A DNA stretch of 64,000 bases, taken from a virus. This document shows, one piece after another, positions 54,933 through 63,860 of this stretch. Under the pieces are notes generated by a model. The model worked only from the letters and a program-made list of their open reading frames with translations. It had not been told where the DNA came from and did not search any database. The stretch covers positions 32,001 to 96,000 of the IMG/VR virus record IMGVR_UViG_3300044797_000185. One strand, 5' to 3'. Within the stretch, counting starts at the first letter, position 1. The number at the start of each line of letters is the position of its first letter. Made by a program: the position numbers and the translations under genes.

Positions 54933-55358
54933 ATGGCAAAGACAAAATATTCGGATGTAGATTCTTCTGTTTCCGACATGGTTATTAGGGTTATGAATGC
55001 TTGGCCTGATAGATTTATTCATATCAATCGTCCTGATCTTCATTTAATCTTCAAGGATGCCCCAAAGAGTATATGGGGAGCAAAAACTAATGTGACCAAT
55101 GGTTTATATCGTGCATTGACAAAAAAGAAACTTATTATCCAGATTTGGAAACAAGGTTGGGCTTTGGATAAAGAAGTTGATCGTGCATTGATTATTTTCC
55201 GTGAACTTTCAAGAATTGATCTTAACGATAAAGATAAATCTGAGTATCGTTTGATTAAGCCAGATCTCAATGACTTTAAGTTTCTTTTAGAGAAAATTGG
55301 ATTGAACCATGAAAATAAGGATGCCTTTTTTTCCAAAATCTTATCTGTAGCAAAATAA
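54933..55358 (+). CDS. Phage metallopeptidase-like protein, apparently inactive
   Basis: Family-like layout (IIQIW..W..LI..EL..I..L.KPDL.DF) but RELSR where HExxH is expected. Confidence 0.55.
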   Translation: MAKTKYSDVDSSVSDMVIRVMNAWPDRFIHINRPDLHLIFKDAPKSIWGAKTNVTNGLYRALTKKKLIIQIWKQGWALDKEVDRALIIFRELSRIDLNDKDKSEYRLIKPDLNDFKFLLEKIGLNHENKDAFFSKILSVAK

Positions 55359-55359
55359 G

Positions 55360-55701
55360 ATGGTCAAGCAAGTCATAGTAATGAGAAAAGATCTAAATAT
55401 GCGGAAGGGTAAGATGGTTGCCCAAGGTTGTCACGCTGCTATTGGATCGTTAAAAGAAGCTTCTTCCAAAGATATTAAGATGTGGGAAGAAGATGGTTGT
55501 ACGAAAATATGTGTCTCGGTAGATAGCGAGTTGGCATTGAAGAGTATTTATGCACATGCAGTAGAAGCAGTTCTTCCTTGTTACTTAGTTCTTGACGCTG
55601 GACGTACAGAATTTAAACAACCTACTTATACTTGTTGCAGTATCGGGCCAGCATCTACTGAATTGATAGATAAAATCACAGGTACTTTAACTTTACTATA
55701 A
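55360..55701 (+). CDS. pth2: Peptidyl-tRNA hydrolase Pth2
   Basis: KQVIVMRKDLNMRKGKMVAQGCHA, W...G.TKI, DAGRTE, IGP..IDKITG.L.LL. Confidence 0.94.
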   Translation: MVKQVIVMRKDLNMRKGKMVAQGCHAAIGSLKEASSKDIKMWEEDGCTKICVSVDSELALKSIYAHAVEAVLPCYLVLDAGRTEFKQPTYTCCSIGPASTELIDKITGTLTLL

Positions 55702-56822
55702 TGTATTTGTCTAAAATAATACTAGAAAATTTCCAGTCATTTGAAAAAGGGGAATTTGTTTTATCCCCGAATCTCAATATTTTGGTTGGTGTTTCGAATG
55801 TAGGAAAGAGTAGCGTTGCAAGGGCTCTTTCCCTTGTGCTATTTAATAAATGGGATAAATCTTGGGTACGGTTTGGAGCAAAATACTGCAAAGTTACAAT
55901 TCAAACAAGTACAGGTATATCAGTAATTAGAGAGAAGGGTGAAAAAGTTAATAGGTACATTCTTTTTTTTGATGGAGCTGCTGCTCAAGTGTATGAATCC
56001 TTTGGTACAGGAGTTCCTGAGCCAGTTCAACAAGCTTTAAGAATTCACGAAGTTCAAATTGATACAACTGATACTCTTAATTTAAACTTGGCTGGACAAA
56101 TGGATGCTTTGTTTTTGTTGTCCCAAACAGGTAGTTATAGGGCTAAGGTGCTTGGTAAACTTTCAGGTGCAACGTATCTAGATCATGCTATTAGAGAATT
56201 GAATAAGGATAAAAGGCAAGTTACTGCTGAGAAAGGTTCTAAAGAATTAGAGTTAGTAGAATTGCAGGAGCAAATAGACAAACTCTCATCAGTTGAAATA
56301 TACAAAGAGCACATTAGCGAAATTGAGACAAAATTGAATACCTTAAGCACTCAGGAAGCCCGATTAGAGCGAATCCGTGAGCTTTCTAGGCGTGTAAAAG
56401 CTTTTAAGGTGTCTTGGGGAAGAGAAACACAAATTGAGTCCCTTATTGAACAACTTGACCTCAGCATACTTAACAGTTTAACTCTAAAAGTAGATAAGAT
56501 TAAACAAATTGGTTCACTTTTGGATAAAATTGGGAATACTGTGTTATCTATTGAGAAGCAAAATAAACTTCAATTTATACTTGATCAAGTTAATTTACCT
56601 AGTATATCAGAATTTACAGAACGAATAGTCCGAATAAATAAAATTACTAACTTATCTAATAGACTTAATAAGAATCAAAAGGAACTTGTAAGTAAAACTG
56701 ATGAGTTGGCTCAGGTAGAGCAAAAATATCATGAGACAAAAACACAATATTCTGATATGCTTAAGCAGAATGGTACTTGTCCTCTATGTGGTGTTAGCAC
56801 AGGTGATGTATGCGTGTCATAA
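55701..56822 (+). CDS. sbcC: SbcC/Rad50 N-terminal half
   Basis: ENFQSF, Walker A GVSNVGKSS, Q-loop AGQMD, coiled coil, ends at zinc hook CPLCG. Confidence 0.88.
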   Translation: MYLSKIILENFQSFEKGEFVLSPNLNILVGVSNVGKSSVARALSLVLFNKWDKSWVRFGAKYCKVTIQTSTGISVIREKGEKVNRYILFFDGAAAQVYESFGTGVPEPVQQALRIHEVQIDTTDTLNLNLAGQMDALFLLSQTGSYRAKVLGKLSGATYLDHAIRELNKDKRQVTAEKGSKELELVELQEQIDKLSSVEIYKEHISEIETKLNTLSTQEARLERIRELSRRVKAFKVSWGRETQIESLIEQLDLSILNSLTLKVDKIKQIGSLLDKIGNTVLSIEKQNKLQFILDQVNLPSISEFTERIVRINKITNLSNRLNKNQKELVSKTDELAQVEQKYHETKTQYSDMLKQNGTCPLCGVSTGDVCVS

Positions 56823-57166
56823 TTGCTGGTAGCAGAACAATTACAGATGCTATAGAAGTTGAGAAGGCTATTAAATTGAGTGGATTTCAAATAACTGAAG
56901 TGATTTCTGGTGGTGCTCAGGGTGTAGATTCTCTTGGGGCATCTTGGGCAAATACAAATAAGATTCCTTGTAGTTTTTTTATGGCTGATTGGAAACAACA
57001 TGGGAAAGCAGCAGGACCAATACGTAATAGCTTAATGGCCTCAGAAGCAGAAGCATTGATCTTAGTTTGGGATGGGCAATCGCGTGGGTCTAATGATATG
57101 TTGAATAAAGCAAATGCAAAAGGATTAAAAGTATTTACACATTTAGTACTTGGGGAAAAGAAATGA
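56810..57166 (+). CDS. SLOG-family (DUF2493/YspA-like) protein
   Basis: VIIAGSR, ISGGAQGVD, ADW..HGKAAGPIRN..MA, WDGQSRGS. Confidence 0.88.
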   Translation: MRVIIAGSRTITDAIEVEKAIKLSGFQITEVISGGAQGVDSLGASWANTNKIPCSFFMADWKQHGKAAGPIRNSLMASEAEALILVWDGQSRGSNDMLNKANAKGLKVFTHLVLGEKK

Positions 57167-58086
57167 AGTTTCTCTTATTTAGTGATCAGCATCTTCGTAG
57201 TCAGTCAGATCGTCCTAAGTGGCGACTTGATGATCATTACAAAACACAATTTGAAGAGCTAGAAGAAGTATCCACTCTAGCTAAGATTCATAAGATTGAT
57301 ATGGTTATTGGTCTTGGTGACTTCATTCATCATCCCGATATATCACATACCTTGGTATCAGATATTATGAATTGGTGCAAAACATTACCATGTGCTTTTT
57401 ATACAATTGTAGGTAATCATTGTTGCTATGCTTATCGCACTAATGATTTAAAAAGTAGTGCTTTAGGTGTGTTGTTTGAAAGTGGAGCAATAAATCGATT
57501 GGATGAATTGATATTTGAAAAAGAAAAAGTAATTATTCGTGGTGTTCATGCTAATCTAGATCCTAAGATTGGTAATTATATGTTTGATGAGAAATATGAT
57601 ACCTATTATAAATTAATAGCGAGTCATAATTTTATAATTCCCCATGTTGTTCCTTTCGATGCTGTCTTGCCCAGTCAAGTAAATACAAATGCAAATTTGA
57701 TTGCTTTGGGACATTATCATCAGAGTTTCGGAGTTATTGAAGGTAAAACTCAATTTGTGAATCCAGGGTCACTAAGTAGATGGGCTATTAATGAGCAGCA
57801 TCAACCACAAGTATTAATTATAGATACTATAACAGGAATTATTAGTTCTGTGTTGCTTCAAAGTTCACTTCCAGCAAATGAGATTTTTGATCTTACCGCA
57901 GCAGCAGAACTTAAATCAACAGAAATGAATTTGCAAAGTTTTATTGAGTCTTTAGAAGGAACAAGTTTTGAAAACGTGGATCTTGAACAAGTTTTGTTAG
58001 CTGAAGGGAAAAATCAACAAATTGGTCAGGCAATCCTAGATATGGCATTAACAAAAGTACAACAGGCAAAGGAGGAGTTGAAATGA
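57163..58086 (+). CDS. sbcD: SbcD/Mre11 nuclease
   Basis: SDQH, LGDFIH, GNH, GHYH, NPGSL.R. Confidence 0.88.
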   Translation: MKFLLFSDQHLRSQSDRPKWRLDDHYKTQFEELEEVSTLAKIHKIDMVIGLGDFIHHPDISHTLVSDIMNWCKTLPCAFYTIVGNHCCYAYRTNDLKSSALGVLFESGAINRLDELIFEKEKVIIRGVHANLDPKIGNYMFDEKYDTYYKLIASHNFIIPHVVPFDAVLPSQVNTNANLIALGHYHQSFGVIEGKTQFVNPGSLSRWAINEQHQPQVLIIDTITGIISSVLLQSSLPANEIFDLTAAAELKSTEMNLQSFIESLEGTSFENVDLEQVLLAEGKNQQIGQAILDMALTKVQQAKEELK

Positions 58087-58337
58087 GTGTTGAACAAGAT
58101 CTTTTAACTTTAAAAGCTAAAGGTGAGAAATTAGGAAGTTTGAAGATTGAGAATGCTACGAAACTTCAAATGTTGGAACAAGATAAAGAAAAGCTTTTGG
58201 CTGAGGCTAAAGAATTAGGCATAGATCCTCAAAAAATTGAGGAGATATTGCAAGCTGAAGAAACAGCTCTTCAACAAGAAGTTACAAAATTGGGTGATGA
58301 AGTAAATAGGATTTTGGATGAAATCAGTCGAGTATAA
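58083..58337 (+). CDS. Small coiled-coil protein
   Basis: Heptad-rich; SD aggagg. Confidence 0.6.
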   Translation: MSVEQDLLTLKAKGEKLGSLKIENATKLQMLEQDKEKLLAEAKELGIDPQKIEEILQAEETALQQEVTKLGDEVNRILDEISRV

Positions 58338-58620
58338 GAGCCCTTGTAAAGCTTGTTTTCATACCCATAGTGATTCTGTTTGCAATTGGCAAGTAGAAAA
58401 ACAGGGTATTATTAGATTAAAACCTTATAATAATAACTTATGGAATTCTCCACATTCTCATATGCATGGACAAAATATAGAAGATGTATACCCAGTACCT
58501 TATGTAAATTCAGCTGAAGAATCTTTTATTTATAAACAAGAACTAGATTGTGGTTGTATGTTTTACGTTCCCAGTGCAAATTTGGAATTTCTTGAATGGA
58601 AATATGATGAATCTAAATAA
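58318..58620 (+). CDS. Cys/His protein, NLxYLE family (long variant)
   Basis: PCKACFHTH..CGC.FYVPSANLEFLEWKYD. Confidence 0.6.
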   Translation: MKSVEYKSPCKACFHTHSDSVCNWQVEKQGIIRLKPYNNNLWNSPHSHMHGQNIEDVYPVPYVNSAEESFIYKQELDCGCMFYVPSANLEFLEWKYDESK

Positions 58621-59245
58621 TCAATTTGATCAACTAAAAAATGCTTACAATAGAAAATTGGGACAACTTCAGGCATTAAGAGATAGAGCTTCTTCTTGCC
58701 AGGAGAAAGTCATACAGTTAACCCTTAAGGAAGAAACTACTATAAAGGCATCTCTCTTTTTACAATCTCTTTCTGATCAGACTCGTCTTCAAGTACTTGA
58801 TAAAATTTCAGGCATAGTAACTGATGCGCTTCAAACTGTTAAAGATAAAAATCTTGTATTTCAGATGAATCTAGTGACGAAGAATAATCAACCTACCTTG
58901 GAAATGGGAATCCTAGATAAATTATCAGGTCAGACTTATGATATCCTTAATTCATTTGGTGGTGGAGTTGCGGATATAATTTCTCTATCTTTACGGGTAG
59001 CACTTCTTTGCAAATGGCAACCTAGCCTTTCAAGAGTTCTTATTTTAGATGAAACTGCTAAATTTGTGGCCGTTAAAGATCAACAATTATTGTCTGTATT
59101 TGTTAGAAAGCTTTCTGAGGCTTTAAATTGTCAGTTTATATGGATTAGTCATAGTGATGTTCTGCAACAAGCAGCACACAAAACTTTCGAGGTAACTAAA
59201 CATGCGGGAATCTCAACCGTTGAAGAAAAAATTAACTTGGAATGA
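58604..59245 (+). CDS. sbcC: SbcC/Rad50 C-terminal half
   Basis: Coiled coil, signature SFGGG, Walker B LILDE, H-loop ISH; start at MMNLNN (track start 58550). Confidence 0.85.
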   Translation: MMNLNNQFDQLKNAYNRKLGQLQALRDRASSCQEKVIQLTLKEETTIKASLFLQSLSDQTRLQVLDKISGIVTDALQTVKDKNLVFQMNLVTKNNQPTLEMGILDKLSGQTYDILNSFGGGVADIISLSLRVALLCKWQPSLSRVLILDETAKFVAVKDQQLLSVFVRKLSEALNCQFIWISHSDVLQQAAHKTFEVTKHAGISTVEEKINLE

Positions 59246-59780
59246 AGATAGCGCATTAAGAAGTGCTTGGCGTAGGATCTTTTCCAGAAGTCCTATAGTA
59301 AGAGAAGTACTTAATTCTGGGCGTAGAACTGTTCCTCGTTTTAATAAAGATGGTTCAAGACATAAAGTAGATTCTGTGCAATTTTCTTGTCAGGTGTGTC
59401 AAAAATGGACTCCTGCCAAAATGATTGCTGTAGATCATATAACGCCTGTGATAGATGTTGAAAATGTGTCTGGAAGGATTCAAGATTGGAATGAGTTTAA
59501 ACGTAGACTTTTTTGTTCTATTCAGAATTTACAACGAATTTGTGATGAATGCCACAATATTAAGACTCAAAAAGAACGCAGCATACGACAAATACTTAAA
59601 GATAAAACAGTTCTTGACTTAATTGAAATTAATTTAAAAACAGTTGCTACAATTGAAGGGGAAAAAGAACTTAAGAAACAAGTTTCTAAGTTTTTAAGTA
59701 AAACAAAATCACCTGAAACGCGAGAACGAGCTTTACGATTAAAACAGATTCTTGTGGACAAAATAACAAGGGAAGACTGA
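59202..59780 (+). CDS. HNH endonuclease
   Basis: CQVC..VDHITPV..RLFC..NLQRICDECHNIKT. Confidence 0.85.
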   Translation: MRESQPLKKKLTWNEDSALRSAWRRIFSRSPIVREVLNSGRRTVPRFNKDGSRHKVDSVQFSCQVCQKWTPAKMIAVDHITPVIDVENVSGRIQDWNEFKRRLFCSIQNLQRICDECHNIKTQKERSIRQILKDKTVLDLIEINLKTVATIEGEKELKKQVSKFLSKTKSPETRERALRLKQILVDKITRED

Positions 59781-60046
59781 TGGAATTATTGGGTTGGCTT
59801 TGTACAACAGCTTTTGGAGTATGCTACTGGCCTCAGCTATGGCACAGTTATAAAACAAAGAGCGTTGGAGATATATCCCCGTTAGCATGGGTTATTCAGC
59901 TTTCTGGATATACAATGGGTTTATTTTATGGCATTGGATTGCATGAATGGCCTTTAATCGTTGGATATGTTCATGGTTTTCTTTGTACTGGTGTTTTTTT
60001 GGTTATGTATTTTAAATATCGAGGAAATAATAATGTATCGCATTAG
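59780..60046 (+). CDS. PQ-loop / SemiSWEET-like three-TM transporter
   Basis: WPQLWHSYKTKSVGDIS; three hydrophobic helices. Confidence 0.82.
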   Translation: MELLGWLCTTAFGVCYWPQLWHSYKTKSVGDISPLAWVIQLSGYTMGLFYGIGLHEWPLIVGYVHGFLCTGVFLVMYFKYRGNNNVSH

Positions 60047-60482
60047 TGAAGAATTAGCAAAATTACTGCTGGCAAAAATGAAACCACCTGTCATAGAATC
60101 TTCTGGCATGAATGCCTTCTTACCTAGAGATTTTAATTGCATTGGGATTTTAGATCCTGTTTGTTGTTTTGGCAGTGACTTTTTCTATATACTAGAAAGT
60201 CCAGTTCCTGTGCTCTATCCCGAATTACCATTCACACCCGTTTTAAATGGTTACTTTCTTTACCGTAAGGAAGAACTTGCAAAACCTACAGAATCTTTTC
60301 CTATTACAGAAGGACTTGTAAATCCCTTAACTACGGATTATGAAAGGCAAGTTGATGTTGGAGATTGTGCTGTAATTATACCCTCAGATACAGAAAAACT
60401 TACAGCTAAGACAATTTCAACCATCGAAAGACTTATAGAACTTGAACCTTTGATATTGGATTGTTTGAGACTAGATAAGTAA
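60033..60482 (+). CDS. Hypothetical protein
   Basis: SD gagga, ATG 60033. Confidence 0.55.
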   Translation: MYRISEELAKLLLAKMKPPVIESSGMNAFLPRDFNCIGILDPVCCFGSDFFYILESPVPVLYPELPFTPVLNGYFLYRKEELAKPTESFPITEGLVNPLTTDYERQVDVGDCAVIIPSDTEKLTAKTISTIERLIELEPLILDCLRLDK

Positions 60483-60492
60483 AAGGAAAAAT

Positions 60493-60882
60493 ATGGAAAA
60501 TCAAAAACCCAATAATTTTAAAGAGGCAGCTCTTAGCCATATTCCACAAGAGTTTATTCAAAGTATGCTTAAAGAAACGAAGGTTGAGACGGATGGTATG
60601 GGATTTTTGGAAGCGATTGCAAAGAATACAAGTAGTACAGCAATTACTCAAAAAGCTGAAATTCCCCAACAAGAGCAATTTACTACTATAGTAATTAATA
60701 ATGTTGCTCTCAAAGTTTCCATAGATCCCTATAAGGGAGCTATGGCTATGCTTCTATACTTAGCAGCTATGGCAGGAGCTAAGGATAAAAAAGTAGCTAA
60801 AGTGTTGAAAGCTTTTAATTTTAACTTACAAGATGCAAATGGTGTTATCATCTATCCCAAACAAAAAGGTAAAAAGAAATGA
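60493..60882 (+). CDS. Hypothetical protein
   Basis: SD aagga. Confidence 0.6.
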   Translation: MENQKPNNFKEAALSHIPQEFIQSMLKETKVETDGMGFLEAIAKNTSSTAITQKAEIPQQEQFTTIVINNVALKVSIDPYKGAMAMLLYLAAMAGAKDKKVAKVLKAFNFNLQDANGVIIYPKQKGKKK

Positions 60883-61058
60883 CAGCTATAAATTACCCAT
60901 GTAAGTGTAAACATTCTAAGATTAATCATACTGGATTATACATTGATAATGGAATTCATAACTATATATGTTCAGTTTTCGGTTGTCATTGTGATAATTT
61001 TATAGCTGATAACTTAGGGTATTTGGAAAAACAATATGAATCAAAGTCTACAGATTAA
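60879..61058 (+). CDS. Cys/His miniprotein, NLxYLE family (59 aa, not in ORF track)
   Basis: Hand-translated ..YPCKCKHSKINH..CSVFGCHCDNFIADNLGYLEKQYE.. Confidence 0.65.
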   Translation: MTAINYPCKCKHSKINHTGLYIDNGIHNYICSVFGCHCDNFIADNLGYLEKQYESKSTD

Positions 61059-63627
61059 TAAATTGGATCTTCAAAATAACACTTGTAGTAAGTGTCCTTT
61101 GAGCGAGTTAAGAACATGCGTTCTTAATGGAGTTGGGAATGTTCAATCTAAAATTGTTTTTGTGATGGATTCTCCTTCAGTGGAGGATGATGCTCTTGGT
61201 ACAACTTTTACGGGTTCAGTGGGGCATAAACTAGAAGCTATACTTTCTATTTTTAGAATCCATCGAAATCAAGTATTTATAACCTATGCAACACGTTGTC
61301 GAGCTAATTTAAAAACTGCTGAAGGTGTTCGCCCAGCCCATTTTGATGAAATTCAGATTTGTAATGAGTATCTTGTGAAGGAGATTGAATCTATTAAACC
61401 TAATGTCATTGTTCCTATGGGTGCAGAGGCTATCACAGCTATTTTGGGCATCAAAAAGCCTAAAGTTGAGGGGATGAGAGGTTTAGAGTTATGGAGTGAT
61501 AAATTCCAATGCAAAGTTACACCTACCTTGGCAATTGGGGCTATTTTAAGAAATCCAAATAAGGAAGAAACTGTAATTCAAGATCTTCGTCGTGCTATTG
61601 AATCTTCCAAGTATCCTGAATTGACTAAAAGAACTGAAGGAAACTATATCACTTTGGAAACAATCGAACAGTTTGATGCTTTCTACGATAGAATTATGGA
61701 ACAAAAAGAAGTAGCATGGGATATTGAAACTTCTGGGTTTAATTGGCAAAAAGATCAATTAATTTGTGTAAGTTTTAGTTGGAAAAAAGGAACAGCCGTG
61801 GTATTGCCAATTACAAAATGGGTTGGTATTGAAAAAGAAAAAATAGAAATTAAAGATAAGAAAGTTCGTCGTAAAGGAATAGTAGAAGTAAGACAGGTGG
61901 AAGTGATTACCAAATATACAGAAGATTCTTATCAACATTGGTGGGGTGATAGGCAAGAATATGTAATGAGTAAACTTCGTTCTATTATGGAGAGTAATAT
62001 TGAATTTATTCTTCAAAATGGTAAGTTTGACTATAAATTCTTTTTACAAAAGGGATGGAATTTGAAACCTGCTGTGCATGATCCCATGCTTATGCATTAT
62101 TTATTGCATGAAACAGCAAAAGGTCAACATGGTCTTAAGGATATGGCATTACAATATACTGATATGGGTGCTTATGACCAGGAACTTGAATCTTGGTTTG
62201 CAACTAATGGTATGAAAACAGATGATAGTAGAAATTATGCGCGAGTTCCAACAGAATTATTATTTAAGTATGCAGCTGCTGATGCAGATGTTACGTTGCA
62301 GTTGAAAGATATTTTTTTACCCTTGTTGGAACAAGAAGATATGCTAGATCTTTATTATAAATTAATTTTACCCTTAAGCTATAATCTTACAGTTATGGAA
62401 TTTGAAGGTTTCAAAATTAATAAAAATCTCCTGTTACAGACAAAAAAAGAACTTCAAGATGAAATTGTTAGTATTGAAAATGAGATACAAAAAGAAATAT
62501 TAAAAGTTACTACAGAACAATTTGATCTTGCTTCTCCTAAACAACTTTCTAAGCTTTTGTTTGAGGTATTAAAACTTCCTGTAATTAAACAAACTAAAAC
62601 TGGTTATTCTACAGATGAAAGTGTTTTAAATGCTTTGAAAGAAAAACACACTATTCCTTCTCAACTTGTTAAGCATCGAGGATTATCTAAACTTCTTAAT
62701 ACCTATATAGAATCGGTAGAAGAAAAACTTGATGATGACAATAAACTTCATGCGAGTTGGAATATTCCAGGAACTGAAAGTGGTAGACTTTCTTCTAGTA
62801 ACCCAAATTTGCAGAATATTCCTAAAGATGATAAACGAATTAAAAATATGTATACTGTAGAAGCAGGAAATGTCTTAGTTGAGGCTGACGAAGCTCAGGG
62901 TGAATTTAGATTGTGGGGAGCTTATTCATTAGATCCACAATTGATAAAAGATTTAACTGATGGTCTGGATATTCATAGATTTATCGCAGCATTAGCTAAT
63001 AAAATTGATGTAAGTCAGGTTACACCTGAACAAAGGCAAACGGCTAAATCTATTGTGTTTGGTTTGATGTTTGGAGAAGGTATAGACGATCTTTCTAAAA
63101 AGCATAATGTTACTACTGAATATGCTCAGACAATTAAGGATACTTTTTTTAGCCGTTACCCAATAGCTAAGAAATGGCGTTATGATAATGTTAAGCGTGG
63201 AAAACGCGATGGTTTTGTAAGAAGTTTTTTTGGTCGTGTTAGGCATCTACCTGGCATCAATAGTACTGATAATAGTGTATCTTTTCCAGATCAACAAGCT
63301 GCTGTAAATTCACCGATTCAAGGATGTCTTTCTGATTATACAGCTAATGCCGCCAATAGGATCATTTTAAAATTTAAAGAACTTGGATACCATGGGAAAC
63401 TTAGAAACTTAGTCCATGATGCTATTTATATGGAAATTCCTAAGATTGAGCTTGAAGAATCTGTAAAAATTATGAAAGAAGAAATGGAAAGAAAAATCCT
63501 AGGTATTCAAGTTCCTATGATCGCAGAATTTAAAATTGCGGAAACATGGGGAAGCTTAAAAGAAGTTAAAAGTATTAATCCTATTGTTTACAAAGAAGAA
63601 AAAATTAAAGTAGTTAACAATGTATAA
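61036..63627 (+). CDS. polA: Family A DNA polymerase with N-terminal family-4 UDG-like domain and 3'-5' exonuclease
   Basis: CSKCPL..CR..C UDG-like domain; DIETSG, NGKFD, YAAADAD; TESGRLSSSNPNLQNIP; DEAQGEFR; RQTAKSIVFG..FG; VHD. Confidence 0.94.
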   Translation: MNQSLQINKLDLQNNTCSKCPLSELRTCVLNGVGNVQSKIVFVMDSPSVEDDALGTTFTGSVGHKLEAILSIFRIHRNQVFITYATRCRANLKTAEGVRPAHFDEIQICNEYLVKEIESIKPNVIVPMGAEAITAILGIKKPKVEGMRGLELWSDKFQCKVTPTLAIGAILRNPNKEETVIQDLRRAIESSKYPELTKRTEGNYITLETIEQFDAFYDRIMEQKEVAWDIETSGFNWQKDQLICVSFSWKKGTAVVLPITKWVGIEKEKIEIKDKKVRRKGIVEVRQVEVITKYTEDSYQHWWGDRQEYVMSKLRSIMESNIEFILQNGKFDYKFFLQKGWNLKPAVHDPMLMHYLLHETAKGQHGLKDMALQYTDMGAYDQELESWFATNGMKTDDSRNYARVPTELLFKYAAADADVTLQLKDIFLPLLEQEDMLDLYYKLILPLSYNLTVMEFEGFKINKNLLLQTKKELQDEIVSIENEIQKEILKVTTEQFDLASPKQLSKLLFEVLKLPVIKQTKTGYSTDESVLNALKEKHTIPSQLVKHRGLSKLLNTYIESVEEKLDDDNKLHASWNIPGTESGRLSSSNPNLQNIPKDDKRIKNMYTVEAGNVLVEADEAQGEFRLWGAYSLDPQLIKDLTDGLDIHRFIAALANKIDVSQVTPEQRQTAKSIVFGLMFGEGIDDLSKKHNVTTEYAQTIKDTFFSRYPIAKKWRYDNVKRGKRDGFVRSFFGRVRHLPGINSTDNSVSFPDQQAAVNSPIQGCLSDYTANAANRIILKFKELGYHGKLRNLVHDAIYMEIPKIELEESVKIMKEEMERKILGIQVPMIAEFKIAETWGSLKEVKSINPIVYKEEKIKVVNNV

Positions 63628-63683
63628 AAACATATGTAGTTTTAGAGTAAATTATGATATGCTAATAGTAGAGGTGAAATAAT

Positions 63684-63860
63684 ATGTGGTGGATAACAAC
63701 CTATTTGATTTTAAACAGCTATATAAAGATAGTTGAAAGAGATTTGCTTTGTGAATGCCTTGGACAAGGTGATTGGTATCGATGCAATAATCACTATGAG
63801 ACAATGCAACTAGCTTGTATGGCAGAACAGATTTGGGCTGAAAAGGAGAAGTTAGCATGA
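63684..63860 (+). CDS. Small hypothetical protein (58 aa)
   Basis: SD gaggtg; ATGA overlap with mazG. Confidence 0.45.
   Translation: MWWITTYLILNSYIKIVERDLLCECLGQGDWYRCNNHYETMQLACMAEQIWAEKEKLA

Noticed and set aside
46419-63627. Inteins in helicase, RecA or polymerase
   Set aside because: Lengths are normal and no C/S...HN splice-junction motifs or inserted endonuclease domains are visible.
452-63858. Numerous minus-strand and nested ORFs in the track (e.g. 452..775, 6719..7135, 29956..30399, 36164..36592)
   Set aside because: Antisense or out-of-frame to well-supported + strand genes, without motifs or RBS.
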